A DNA stretch of 64,000 nucleotides from an uncultured Gemmatimonadales bacterium (GTDB lineage: Bacteria; Gemmatimonadota; Gemmatimonadetes; Gemmatimonadales; GWC2-71-9), in NCBI GenBank assembly GCA_963810165.1, contig CAWEMG010000037.1, positions 6,465 to 70,464 on the forward strand, in the 5' to 3' direction. The notes beneath the pieces are model-generated. The model did not search any database, was not told where the DNA came from, and was given only the letters and a program-made list of their open reading frames with translations. Each line of letters opens with the position of its first letter. The stretch's first letter is position 1. A program made the position numbers and the translations under genes. Shown here piece after piece: positions 1 through 10,231 of this stretch.

Positions 1-74
1 GCCGGCCTCTGCCCACGGCGGCCCCGTTGTGGTGAGCGAGAAGAAAGTGTGACGCATCGGACCCGCCCCGGCCA

Positions 75-90
75 CTGTCAGAAATGACAG
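75..90. promoter_or_regulatory. Palindromic operator CTGTCA-N4-TGACAG upstream of the FGE operon
   Basis: ctgtca gaaa tgacag; the same arms and spacing recur at 8255-8270. Confidence 0.6.
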
Positions 91-230
91 ATGCCCGGCA
101 GGCGCTACCGCCGTAGACTCCTTCAGTGTCTCCGACCTCGAAGATCCATGTCCAAACAACCCAGCACACCCCTTAGAGCCATGGAGCCGGCCAGACCTCG
201 GCGCCACCGGGGGCACCTCCTTTTCCGGAC

Positions 231-1148
231 ATGGTCTGGATCCCCGGCGGCACGTTCCAGATGGGTTCCGAAAAGCACTACCCTGAAGAGCGTCCGGTGC
301 ATCGGGTCACGGTGGACGGCTTCTGGATGGACCGATACCCCGTCACCAACGACCGCTTCGGCCGGTTTGTGGAAGCCACGAGCCACGTCACCTTTGCCGA
401 GATCCCCCCAAATCCTGCGGACTACCCGGGCGCACTACCGGAGATGCTCTACGCCGGCTCGCTCGTCTTTGTGAAGCCGGCGGGTAAAGTCCAGCTGGGC
501 CAGATCGCCAACTGGTGGCAGTACCTGCGGGGAGCCTGGTGGCGTGAGCCCCAGGGCCCGGGAAGCTCGATCGATGGACTGGAGCAGCACCCCGCAGTCC
601 ACGTGACTTTCGGCGACGCGGAGGCGTTCGCGCGCTGGGAGCAGAAGGAGCTACCCACCGAAGCCGAGTGGGAGTTCGCTGCCCGCGGTGGGCTCGAGGG
701 GGCCCCCTATGCCTGGGGGCAGGACTTCATGCCGAACGATGTTCCCATGGCGAACACCTGGCAGGGCGAGTTTCCCTGGCAAAACCTGGGTACGGACGGC
801 CACGAGGGCACCTCTCCGGTCGGCGCGTTCCCTGCCAACGGCTACGGGCTCCATGACGTGATCGGCAACGTGTGGGAGTGGACCACCGACTGGTATGAGC
901 CCAAGCATCCGGGCGAGGCTATGAAGGCATGCTGCATCCCTCGGAACCCCCGGGGCGGGCGCGAGGATGCCAGCTACGATCCGTCCGACCCGGCGATTCG
1001 AATCCCCCGCAAGGTGCTCAAGGGCGGATCCCACCTCTGCGCGCCGAACTACTGCCGCCGGTACCGTCCTGCCGCACGGTTCCCCGAGCCGGTGGACACC
1101 TCTACCAGCCACGTCGGCTTCCGCTGCATCGTGCGACCGGCTCGATGA
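231..1148 (+). CDS. Formylglycine-generating enzyme (SUMF1/FGE-sulfatase) family protein
   Basis: Motifs LPTEAEWEFAARGG, NGYGLHDVIGNVWEW, KGGSHLCAPNYCRRYRPAAR, HVGFRC; the true start may be ATG 148 joined through a frameshift. Confidence 0.92.
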   Translation: MVWIPGGTFQMGSEKHYPEERPVHRVTVDGFWMDRYPVTNDRFGRFVEATSHVTFAEIPPNPADYPGALPEMLYAGSLVFVKPAGKVQLGQIANWWQYLRGAWWREPQGPGSSIDGLEQHPAVHVTFGDAEAFARWEQKELPTEAEWEFAARGGLEGAPYAWGQDFMPNDVPMANTWQGEFPWQNLGTDGHEGTSPVGAFPANGYGLHDVIGNVWEWTTDWYEPKHPGEAMKACCIPRNPRGGREDASYDPSDPAIRIPRKVLKGGSHLCAPNYCRRYRPAARFPEPVDTSTSHVGFRCIVRPAR

Positions 1149-2318
1149 GCCTGGAGGGACGAGCGGACCCCTTCGGCGCCGGGCCCTACAGCCGGATTCT
1201 GGCTCGTCTCGGGCTCATGAAGAGTGATGGCTTACGGGTTGGCCGCCGGGCCCTCCTGCTTGCAGTCATCGCGTGGGTTCCACTGGTACTGCTCTCCGCC
1301 ATCGAAGGGTTGGCGCTCCGGCCGGATCCCCGGGAGTCGATGCTCCTCGACATCGCGGCCCATGCCCGCTACCTGATCGGACTGCCGCTTCTGGTTATCG
1401 CCGAAGCGGTCTGCCTCCCGCAACTGGCGTCTATCGCGCGACACTTCGACGACATGGGATTGATCCCTCAGGCGAACCGTCCCCGCTACGACCACCTGGT
1501 GGAATCGACTCGGCGGCTGCTCGCTTCACCCTGGACCGACATCATCATCCTGCTCCTCGCCTATACCGCGACGTTGGGACTGGCCCCGCGGCTCTACCCG
1601 GAAAGCGTGTCCACCTGGGTCACGCCGCTCTCCGGATCCGGGCAGCAGCTCTCCCTTGCCGGCTGGTGGCGCACGCTGGTCAGCCAGCCGCTCTTCCTCG
1701 TGCTGATTGTCGGCTGGCTCTGGCGGGTGATGCTCTGGGCCCGCTTTCTCCGGCGAGTGTCGCGCCTGGACCTCCGGCTGATTCCCGCGCATCCCGATCT
1801 CGCCGGCGGGCTCGGCTTTGTGGGCACGTCAATCCGGGCCTTCCTCATCCTGGCCCTGGCGCTCTCGGTGCCTGTCGCGGGAACGGTAGCACAGCGAATT
1901 CTATTTGACGGCCGTAGCCTCAGCGATTTCACCTACGTGATTGCCGGGATCGCGATCTTCGAGATGGTGCTTTTCATCGGGTCCGCTGTTCCTGCTGGGG
2001 CCGGCTCTCCTCCGGGCTCGCACCCGGGGAATTTTCCAGTACGGCAATCTCGCAGGGGCCATGGGAAAGCAGTTCGAGAGCCGCTGGCTCGGGTCCGGTA
2101 GCGGCGTGACCGCGGAGGCGCTATCGGCGCCGGACTTCTCGGCGACCACCGACCTCTACTCGATCGCGGCCAACGCGCATGGGATGGGGCTGATCCCGCT
2201 GAAAATTGTCCAGATCGTAGCGCTGGTGATCGCCGTCCTGCTGCCATTCGTGCCAGTGGTGCTGGTGGCGCTGCCGATCAACGAGATTCTCAGCTACGCC
2301 GCCAAGCTCGTCCTGTGA
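1145..2318 (+). CDS. Multi-pass membrane protein, conserved hypothetical (frameshift near 1980)
   Basis: ATG overlaps the FGE stop; hydrophobic helices; HPDLAGGLGF motif; ORF 929..2101 continues in ORF 1941..2318. Confidence 0.75.
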
Positions 2319-2686
2319 TGGACGACTCGACCTCGCTCGCGGTGGAGCGGACCCGCCTGGCTCATGAGCGGACCTTGATGGCGTGGGTGCGCACCTCGGT
2401 CTCGCTGATCTCGTTCGGCTTTACCATCTACAAGTTCTTTCAGTACCTGCGGGAGAGCGCGCAGGGAAGTCCCGTGGCTACCGCCCTCAATCCACGACGT
2501 TTCGGGATGTCCATGATCATGGTAGGACTGTTCATGCTGGTGGTGGCCGCGGTTCAACACCGGCGTGACCTGAAGGTGCTGGATACACGTTACGGGAAGG
2601 GACCTCGGTCGCTGGCCACCATTGTCACCATCCTGGTGTTCGCACTCGGCGTCCTGGCGTTCGTAGGAGTGTTGCTGAGGCAGTAG
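2315..2686 (+). CDS. DUF202/YidH family inner membrane protein
   Basis: LAVERTRLAHERTLMAWVRTSVSLISFGF signature and three TM segments. Confidence 0.9.
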   Translation: MMDDSTSLAVERTRLAHERTLMAWVRTSVSLISFGFTIYKFFQYLRESAQGSPVATALNPRRFGMSMIMVGLFMLVVAAVQHRRDLKVLDTRYGKGPRSLATIVTILVFALGVLAFVGVLLRQ

Positions 2687-2707
2687 GTCTAACCTCGAGG
2701 GGTGTTT

Positions 2708-3311
2708 ATGAGAACTGCTTTGATATGTACCTTCGCACTGATCGGTGGGGTTGCCACTCACCTGCAGGCGCAAGACTCCACCGCCGCGGCCGCACCAGCA
2801 GCGGCCCCGGCACCTGCTGCAGCCGCACCAACCGCCGCCGCGCCGGCTGCCGCCACGCAAACCGGTCTTGGTGCAGCCCTCGGGCTGTATGTCTTTCCCG
2901 CCAAAGGTCAGACTCCCGAGCAACAGAGCCAGGACGAGCAGGCGTGTTACGCCTGGTCCAAGGAGCAGTCAGGGATCGATCCTGCAACGGTCAAGGCCAA
3001 CCCGGATTCGGCCATGAAGGCAGCCAGCGCCAAGGTCGACACTGCGGCACAGGGCGCCGCGGTCAGGGGCGCGGCCCGCGGCGCTGCCGGGGGCGCGATC
3101 GTCGGAGGGATTGCGGGTGATGCGGGGACCGGCGCTGGCTGTCGGCGCGGTAGTAGGGGCGGTCGGGGGCAGAAGGGCCAAGAAGCAGGCCAAGAAGCAG
3201 GCGGAACAGCAGGCGGCCCAACAAGCCAACGCCTGGGCCGCGGGGCAGATCGAGACGTTCAAGAAGGGGATGACCGCGTGCCTCGAGGGCAAGGGCTACA
3301 CGGTGAAGTGA
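2708..3311 (+). CDS. Secreted glycine-zipper domain protein (frameshift near 3135)
   Basis: Signal peptide, Ala/Pro linker, YVFPAKGQTPEQQSQDEQACYAW, GAARGAAGGAIVGGIAG, C-terminal ACLEGKGYTVK in ORF 3111..3311. Confidence 0.8.
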
Positions 3312-3375
3312 GGCGGTAGATGAAGCGGCGGTAGATACCGGCCAGTACCGCCGTACCGCCGCAGTATCTACCGCC
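3312..3375. repeat. Inverted-repeat element of GCGGTA/TACCGC units between convergent genes; possible bidirectional terminator or REP-like element
   Basis: ggcggtagat...gcggcggta...taccgccgc...atctaccgcc forms nested stems. Confidence 0.65.
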
Positions 3376-4595
3376 CTAGAACGCCTCCCCGGTGCCGAAG
3401 AACACGCCGTTGGATCCTTCGACCCCGAATCCGAAGTCGATTCCGATGTTGGTGTTGGAGTGCTTGTTGAGCTTGATGCGGAGTCCGACGCCGCCTCCGG
3501 GATCCGGCGTCTGCAAGGCGCCGGATGCCGCGTCGCTGCTGGACGTAAGATTGAGGAACGCCACCGCGCCGAAGAGGCCATCGCGAGACAGCGCCATCCG
3601 GTATTCCGCCTCGCCGTACACCAGATCCCGGGCCCGGATTCTCCCCTGCGCGTACCCGCGTCCGCTCCGGTTGTTGTAGTCCCAGCCGATCGCCGGGAGG
3701 TCCAGGTACGGCGGGTCTGCCCCATGGTGAGCCAGGCCAGCCCCCAGAAGGCGAGCATGCTCCGTCCCGCCCCAATCCTGGTGATACGTTCTCAGCTCGG
3801 CCTCAAACGACTGCCAGTTATCATCGCTGCCCAGCCACGTAGGGGAGAACCGAAGGCTCCCTCGAGCCAGGAGCCCGTTCCGCGTGTTGAGGGGGTTGTC
3901 CCGAGTATCGCTCAGTACGTTGAAGGAAAGCCCCGATGAGGTGGACGTGGTGGGCTGCCCGCCCGAGTACTCAACGTACGGCGTCACCACTCCCGCAGCC
4001 GCGTTGTGATCCACGATCCCGAAGTAGTGGTTCAGGTGGTATCCCAACCCCACCAGGAAATCCCGGGAGATCCCGCGGTACACCGTCTCGTAAAATCGAA
4101 TCAGGTTGTAGTCCATCGGCGACTCGAACTCGCCGGGCAGCGCCGGACCCAGTCCGTAGGTCGGCTGGTTGCTGTCGAGGTAGCGCCAGTCGCCTTCGAG
4201 CTTCCAGCCATTGCCGGAGGTGTAGACGTTGGAGCGAAGCAGGATGTTGAACTGTTTCTTGGTGGTGTAGTTGACCGAGGCGGAGATGGTGGAGAGGTTC
4301 GTGCTCTCGTCGGTCCCGAGCCGCGTGACGGCGTTGCCGGATACGCCGAGCAGGAGACCGGTCGTCGGGCTGGCCGAGATTGCGGGCAGAATGGTAAGCA
4401 CGGTCTTGGGCGGAACCGCGATGGTGTCGCTCAGCTTCGGCTTACCGTGCAGCACCCGGCTGAGCACGTCCATGATATCACGCTGAGGCACGGCGTCCCT
4501 CGGCGGGATCGAGTCTGCCTGCTGCGAGAGCGCGGCACCCGGCCCCAGCGCCGACGAGAAGCAACCCCAAGGCAGTGCGCGAAGTAAGAAGTCAT
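3376..4595 (-). CDS. Omp85/BamA-TamA family outer-membrane barrel protein (frameshifted)
   Basis: DTRDNPLN motif, GRGYAQGRIR, terminal GVFFGTGEAF; likely ATG at 4595. Confidence 0.8.
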
Positions 4596-4627
4596 GTAAC
4601 TCCGAAAGCCGCGACGCGACGCTGCGA

Positions 4628-5461
4628 CTAGAGAGTGTCCGACGATCGGGGAATGAGGACGGCGTCCTCTGCCCGACGCCAGGGCGCTCGTCGGGTTGCC
4701 GGAGCGGCGCCCGGTGGGGAAGTCGAGCCTGTACATGGGTGCCCTGTCCCGGCGCCGCGGTGATCGTCAGTGATCCGCCGATGGCCCGTAACCGCTGCCG
4801 CATGCTCACGAATCCCAAGCCCACCGTGGGCCTCAGCCGCCTGAGGATCGAATCCGAGTCCCAGCGTCGGAGATCGTGAGGGTGAGGGCGCGTTACCCGG
4901 CGCCGGAACGACACCGACAACACTCCGGCCCCGCTGTGCTTGACCGCGTTGTGCAGCGCCTCCTGAGCCACCCGATAGAGAGAGAGCGCGACCACGCTGG
5001 GCAGCCGGGCAGGCCAGTCCGACTCGGAGACATCGATCTGGAGCTCCGGAGTGCTCCATCTCGTGCCCCATCGCTCGCACAGCGGGCACCAGGCCCAGGT
5101 GCTCCAGGCGCGCCGGATGCAGGCCGCGGGTAACCTGCTGCACGTCAGCCGCGATGGCCCGGGTACGCTGGGCGAGCATGGCAGCATCTGCCTTATGGGT
5201 GGCGTCCGACGTCAGCGAGACGGCCCTGCAGCGCGTCCAGCTCGAGGGCGAGGACTGCCAGCTGCTGGCTGATCCCGTCGTGCAGCTCACGTGCGATCCT
5301 GGCCCGCTCGGCCTCCTGAGCCTGAAGCAGTCCGCCGCCCAGGTGTGCCAGCTCCTGTTCCGCCGCCCAACGCGCCCGCCGCGCCCGAATCGCGACCCAG
5401 ACGCGCGATCAGCAGGGCCGAGGAGGGCGACACCGAGGGTGGCGACATGGAGCAGCGACAT
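4628..5461 (-). CDS. HisKA_3 (NarX/UhpB-type) sensor histidine kinase (several frameshifts)
   Basis: Stitched frames give QEAERARIARELHDGISQQL, LHPARLEHLGL, YRVAQEALHNAVKHSGA and GLGFVSMRQR. Confidence 0.8.
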   Translation of the reverse strand: MSLLHVATLGVALLGPADRASGSRFGRGGRVGRRNRSWHTWAADCFRLRRPSGPGSHVSCTTGSASSWQSSPSSWTRCRAVSLTSDATHKADAAMLAQRTRAIAADVQQVTRGLHPARLEHLGLVPAVRAMGHEMEHSGAPDRCLRVGLACPAAQRGRALSLSGGSGGAAQRGQAQRGRSVVGVVPAPGNAPSPSRSPTLGLGFDPQAAEAHGGLGIREHAAAVTGHRRITDDHRGAGTGHPCTGSTSPPGAAPATRRAPWRRAEDAVLIPRSSDTL

Positions 5462-5472
5462 GGGAGCGAGGT

Positions 5473-6232
5473 TCAGAAGTGCAGCGTCATGCCGAGCGCC
5501 GGCCCGTGCAAGGAGACGTCGTAGACGAGGCCGTCTTGATGATCGACGTCAAGGTACCGGTAGGCTGCCACCACGGTGAGCGATGCGGCCCAGGTCATAG
5601 CCTCCACCGCCCCACGCCTGCCAGGTGAAATCCGAGCCGCCGGCCCCGGCGTCCGCCTTGGCGAACAGGCGCAAGCCCTCAGCCAGTTGATACCGGAATG
5701 CAGCGCCGACTGTCGCGTCGACCCACCCTGCGTCTCCGGAGAGCTCCTGCGGCGGAGCGCTGAGATCCACACTCAAGTGCCAGTACCGCACCCCGACCAG
5801 CGCATCCACCCCGCCCCAGGGCCGGGTGAGGATGGCGTAGCCTACTTCCGGCTGCAACATCAGCTCTTCCAGGTCCATCTGCAGCGTGCCGCTGCCGTCG
5901 ACCGAAGTGGCCCGTTCGTCACCGAGCGACATGTAGAGCAAGTCCGCCCGCAGGACCCAGGGCTGGTGCCGCGCTTCGAACAGGGCCATCACGCCGAAGT
6001 TGAGATCTCCGAAAATATCATCGAAGCCAAGATCCACTTCGGTCACGCGCGGCTCCAGTCCGACCTGTCCCTTCAGACTGCCGGCCCAGAGGTGTGGGGT
6101 GACGCTGAAGCGCCATGATGGCGCGTCCTCGCCGGCGGCGCTCGGCACGCTGTTCTGCTGAGCCACACCCGGCGGAGCGAGAACCAGTGCGGCAACGGCG
6201 ACGAGTGTCGCCGGGTGAAGCCGCGACTTCAT
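5473..6232 (-). CDS. Putative outer-membrane beta-barrel protein (frameshift near 5585)
   Basis: Signal peptide, alternating aromatic beta strands (WRFSVTPHLW), C-terminal GPALGMTLHF. Confidence 0.7.
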
Positions 6233-6247
6233 CGGGACTCTCCGCGG

Positions 6248-6977
<730 letters not shown>

Positions 6978-7694
6978 CTAGACGATCCGCCGCCGAACCG
7001 CGAACTGCACCAGCTCGGCACTCGACCGAAGCGACAGCTGCTGCATGATCCGGTACTTGTGGAAGGCAACCGTACGGGGGGTAATCCCTAGCCTGGCGGC
7101 TGTTTCCTTCATGGTGCGTCCGCCCGCGAGGAGCCGAAGCACTTCCTGCCCGCGAGGCGAGAGAACCTGGGCCTCGGACACGTCAGCCGCTCGGCGGTTT
7201 TGCCGGCCGGTGGGTTCGTTTGCCAACATTGCAGGCGACGTACTGCTCTCCCGACACGACGGTCCGGATGGCAAGCAGCAGCTCCTTCGCAGGCGAGCTC
7301 TTGAGCACGTAGGCAGAGGCGCCGGCCCGGAATGCCTCAGCCGCGAGCTCCGGGTCGTTGTGCATGGTCAGGAAGATGAACCGGATACCAGGGAGGCGTT
7401 CACGGATCCGGCGCGCCGCCTCCAGCCCGCTGAGCCGGGGCATGGCGATGTCGCAGAGTATGGCATCCGGCCGCAGCTCCAGCGCCGCCGCGACCAGCGC
7501 CTCGCCGTCGGTAACTCCGCGCAGCACTGTGAATTCCGGCTCCAGCAGCCGGCGGAAGGCCTCCAGCAGCAGATCGTGGTCGTCCGCCAGCAGCAGCCGG
7601 GCGTGTCCCGACCGGTCTCGGGAGAGCGCGGGCCCCCCAGCGAGGTCCAGATAGCGCCGGCTCGAGCCCGCGCGTGGATAGAGGTACTGGTCAT
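6978..7694 (-). CDS. NarL/LuxR family response regulator (frameshifted)
   Basis: REC domain (LLADDH, CDIAMP, YVLK) plus LuxR HTH LSPRGQEVLRLLAGG...TVAFHKYRIM. Confidence 0.88.
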
Positions 7695-7746
7695 GACCCA
7701 GGCTTTGAGGAAGTAGAGACGACTCTACGAAAAGGCAGGCAGGGCC

Positions 7747-7761
7747 GATAGTGGACTTTGG
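7747..7761 (-). promoter_or_regulatory. Candidate regulator box CCAAAGTCCACTATC
   Basis: 14/15 identical to 9687-9701; lies upstream of the NarL regulator. Confidence 0.5.
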
Positions 7762-7802
7762 GTTAGGAACGGAAGGACCCCGTACGATGGGGCAGTTTGC
7801 GG

Positions 7803-8194
7803 CTAGGAGAGACCCACTGGAACCGTGCACCGTCCGGCCAGCGCCGCGGTGATCGCGGGCAGGAGCTGCGCACCGGCCTGAGACTTCAGCACGTAGCCGC
7901 GGGCGCCGGCTTCCACCGCGGCATCGACCACGGCTGGATCCGCCAGAACCGTCAGGACCACTATGGCGGAGGCCGACCGGTCCGCCTTGATCCGGCGGAT
8001 CGCGTCCAGGCCCCGGTCCGAGGCATCGCCAGGTCGGTGACCACGATGTCAGGGCGAAGCTCCCGCGCCATCCGAGTCGCTTCTTCCCCGTCATGGGCTT
8101 CGCCCACTACCTCGAACTCCGCGCCGAGGAGCCGGCGTATGGCCGAGAGCAGCGGGGGATGGTCGTCTGCCAGTAGTACGCGCACCCGAGCCAT
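7803..8194 (-). CDS. Single-domain response regulator receiver (frameshift near 8015)
   Basis: MARVRVLLADDH...TDLAMP...GYVLKS. Confidence 0.82.
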
Positions 8195-8254
8195 GGATTT
8201 GTCCCTCGCGAGAACGAACACCGTCACAATGGGGGCACGGCAAGCGTGGGGTAA

Positions 8255-8270
8255 CTGTCATTTGTGACAG
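8255..8270. promoter_or_regulatory. Palindromic operator CTGTCA-N4-TGACAG in a divergent intergenic region
   Basis: ctgtca tttg tgacag; matches the site at 75-90. Confidence 0.6.
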
Positions 8271-8364
8271 CTTGCAACTCTTTTGCCCCGAGACGAAAAT
8301 GGTCGCGGCCTCCAGTCACCTATCTCGCCCTCCAATGGGACCCCTGACGGTCCCGGAGTCACCC

Positions 8365-8828
8365 ATGCGTACACTATTTGCCCTCGCCGTTGTGACCTCA
8401 CTGTGGACACCGCTCGCTGCGTACGCCCAGAAGCACGGGAGAGACCCAGGCTCTGCGCGCCGAGCTTCAGGCCGAGCGGACCAAGCTGGTCGCCGCCAAT
8501 CTGGAGCTGACCGAGTCGGAAGGCGCCAAGTTCTGGCCCCTGTACAACGAGTATCGCACCCAGCAGAGCAAGCTGGGCGATCGGACGATGGCTCTGGTGG
8601 ATGATTTCGCCAAGAACTACGATGCCCTGACCGACGAAAAGGCCAAGGAGCTCCTCAAGCGACAGTTCCAGATCGATGACGACCGTCTCAAGCTTCGGCG
8701 CTCCTACGCCGGCAAGTTCGAGAAGGTCTTGCCGGCCAAAAAGGTGGCGCGCTACTACCAGATCGAGAACAAACTGGACGCGGCGGTGGCCTACGAGGCG
8801 GCGCAGGGCGATTCCCCTGGCACAATAG
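8365..8828 (+). CDS. Secreted helical conserved hypothetical protein (frameshifted)
   Basis: Signal peptide MRTLFALAVV; stitched LELTESEGAKFWPLYNEY...KKVARYYQIENK. Confidence 0.7.
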
Positions 8829-8979
8829 GCCTCAGGGGTTCAGCGTTCGTCTGTCGTTGCAGGACCCAGGCCGCCTGTCATCAACCTGGTACGTTCAGGC
8901 CGGACAGGGGGCTTCTGCTCTGCGTGTACCAGGGTGCATATTATCCCACCTTAGCTCTCATTCTATGCAGCGAGGCCCC

Positions 8980-9667
8980 GTGAAGGACCCGCAATCGGTC
9001 GTATTCGTCGTGGACGACGAGGATACCGTCCGCCGTAGCCTCGAGCGGCTGCTTCGGGTCAGCGGCCACACCGTCGAGTGCTATTCGACGGCGGCGGAGT
9101 TTCTGAGCCGACCCGATCCCGGCGTTCCCTGCTGCCTGGTACTGGACATCCGGATGCCCACTCTCGGCGGGCTCGATGTCCAGCGTGCCATGAACGATGC
9201 GGGACGGGCCCTTCCGATCATCTTCATGACCGGCTTCGCCGATGTCGAGAGCTGCGTGCTCGGCATGAAGGCCGGTGCCGCCGATTTCCTGATGAAGCCC
9301 TTCGACGAAGATCAGCTCCTCGGCTGCGGTAGCCGCGGCGCTGTCCCGCAGCACCGAGATCCGCCTGGCGCAGGCCGAGCGGCTGGAGCTGACCCAGCGG
9401 CTGGCAACGCTGACGCCCCGCGAGCTCCAGGTCTTCTTACTGGTGGTGAAAGGACTCCTCAACAAGCAGATTGCCGGCCGGCTGGGCACCAAGGAAGGGA
9501 CAGTCAAGCTGCACCGCGCCAATGTCATGCGAAAGCTGGAGGCCCAGTCGGTGGCCGACCTGGTGCGGATGGCCGACCGGCTCGAAGGTGTCGGCGAGGC
9601 GGAACCGACATCCCCGGAAGCCCAGCGCAGAAGCGGCCAGCACCCACAGGTGGCCAACGCCGTCTAG
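8980..9667 (+). CDS. FixJ/TodT/NodW-type response regulator (frameshift near 9325)
   Basis: [29 protein letters not shown], then [29 protein letters not shown]. Confidence 0.9.
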
Positions 9668-9686
9668 CCATCCCGCAGGCCCTCTA

Positions 9687-9701
9687 CCAAAGTCCACTGT
9701 C
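9687..9701 (+). promoter_or_regulatory. Candidate regulator box CCAAAGTCCACTGTC
   Basis: Directly downstream of the FixJ-like gene and upstream of the REC gene; repeated at 7747-7761. Confidence 0.5.
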
Positions 9702-9775
9702 ATCCAGGCGGTTCTGAGTCCACCTTGGCATTACAGCGGTTGCCAAGGTGACTCTGACCTTCTGCGTGAGCCCTC

Positions 9776-10231
9776 GTGCACGGTGACAGCGTTCTCGATA
9801 CCGAGCACCACTCGTTCAACTCTCTTCCGCGAAAGCAGCGGGAGTCACCGCTGGTCGCGGTGGTGGACGACGATGCCTCGTTCCGGAAGGCTCTCGGCCG
9901 CCTGGTCGGCCTGTGGGGCTTTCGGACCTGGACCTTCGCATCAGCGGAGGAGTACCTCCGGGTCGGGGTCGCCTGCGACTGTCTGGTACTCGATCTGCAT
10001 CTGGAGGGGATGAGCGGTCTGGAGCTTCAGAGCAGGCTGAACGAAGACGGTAGTAAGGTTCCCATCATCTTCGTCACAGCCATGGATGATCCGGTCGCGG
10101 AGCGCCGGGCCCTGGATACCGGAGCGGTGGCTTACCTGGAAAAGCCTTTCGAGGAAGATCGCCTGCTGGAGGTGATCCAGGCCGTCACTGGCTACCGGGC
10201 CCGGCTGACCGCGCCTGCAGGAAGGTCTTGA
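9776..10231 (+). CDS. Single-domain response regulator receiver
   Basis: VAVVDDDASFR, LVLDLHL, YLEKPF. Confidence 0.85.
   Translation: MHGDSVLDTEHHSFNSLPRKQRESPLVAVVDDDASFRKALGRLVGLWGFRTWTFASAEEYLRVGVACDCLVLDLHLEGMSGLELQSRLNEDGSKVPIIFVTAMDDPVAERRALDTGAVAYLEKPFEEDRLLEVIQAVTGYRARLTAPAGRS

Noticed and set aside
3376-5187. 603-aa ORF that looks like a kinase ATPase domain fused to an Omp85 barrel
   Set aside because: Frameshift artefact; the kinase has its own stop at 4628 and the barrel its own likely start at 4595
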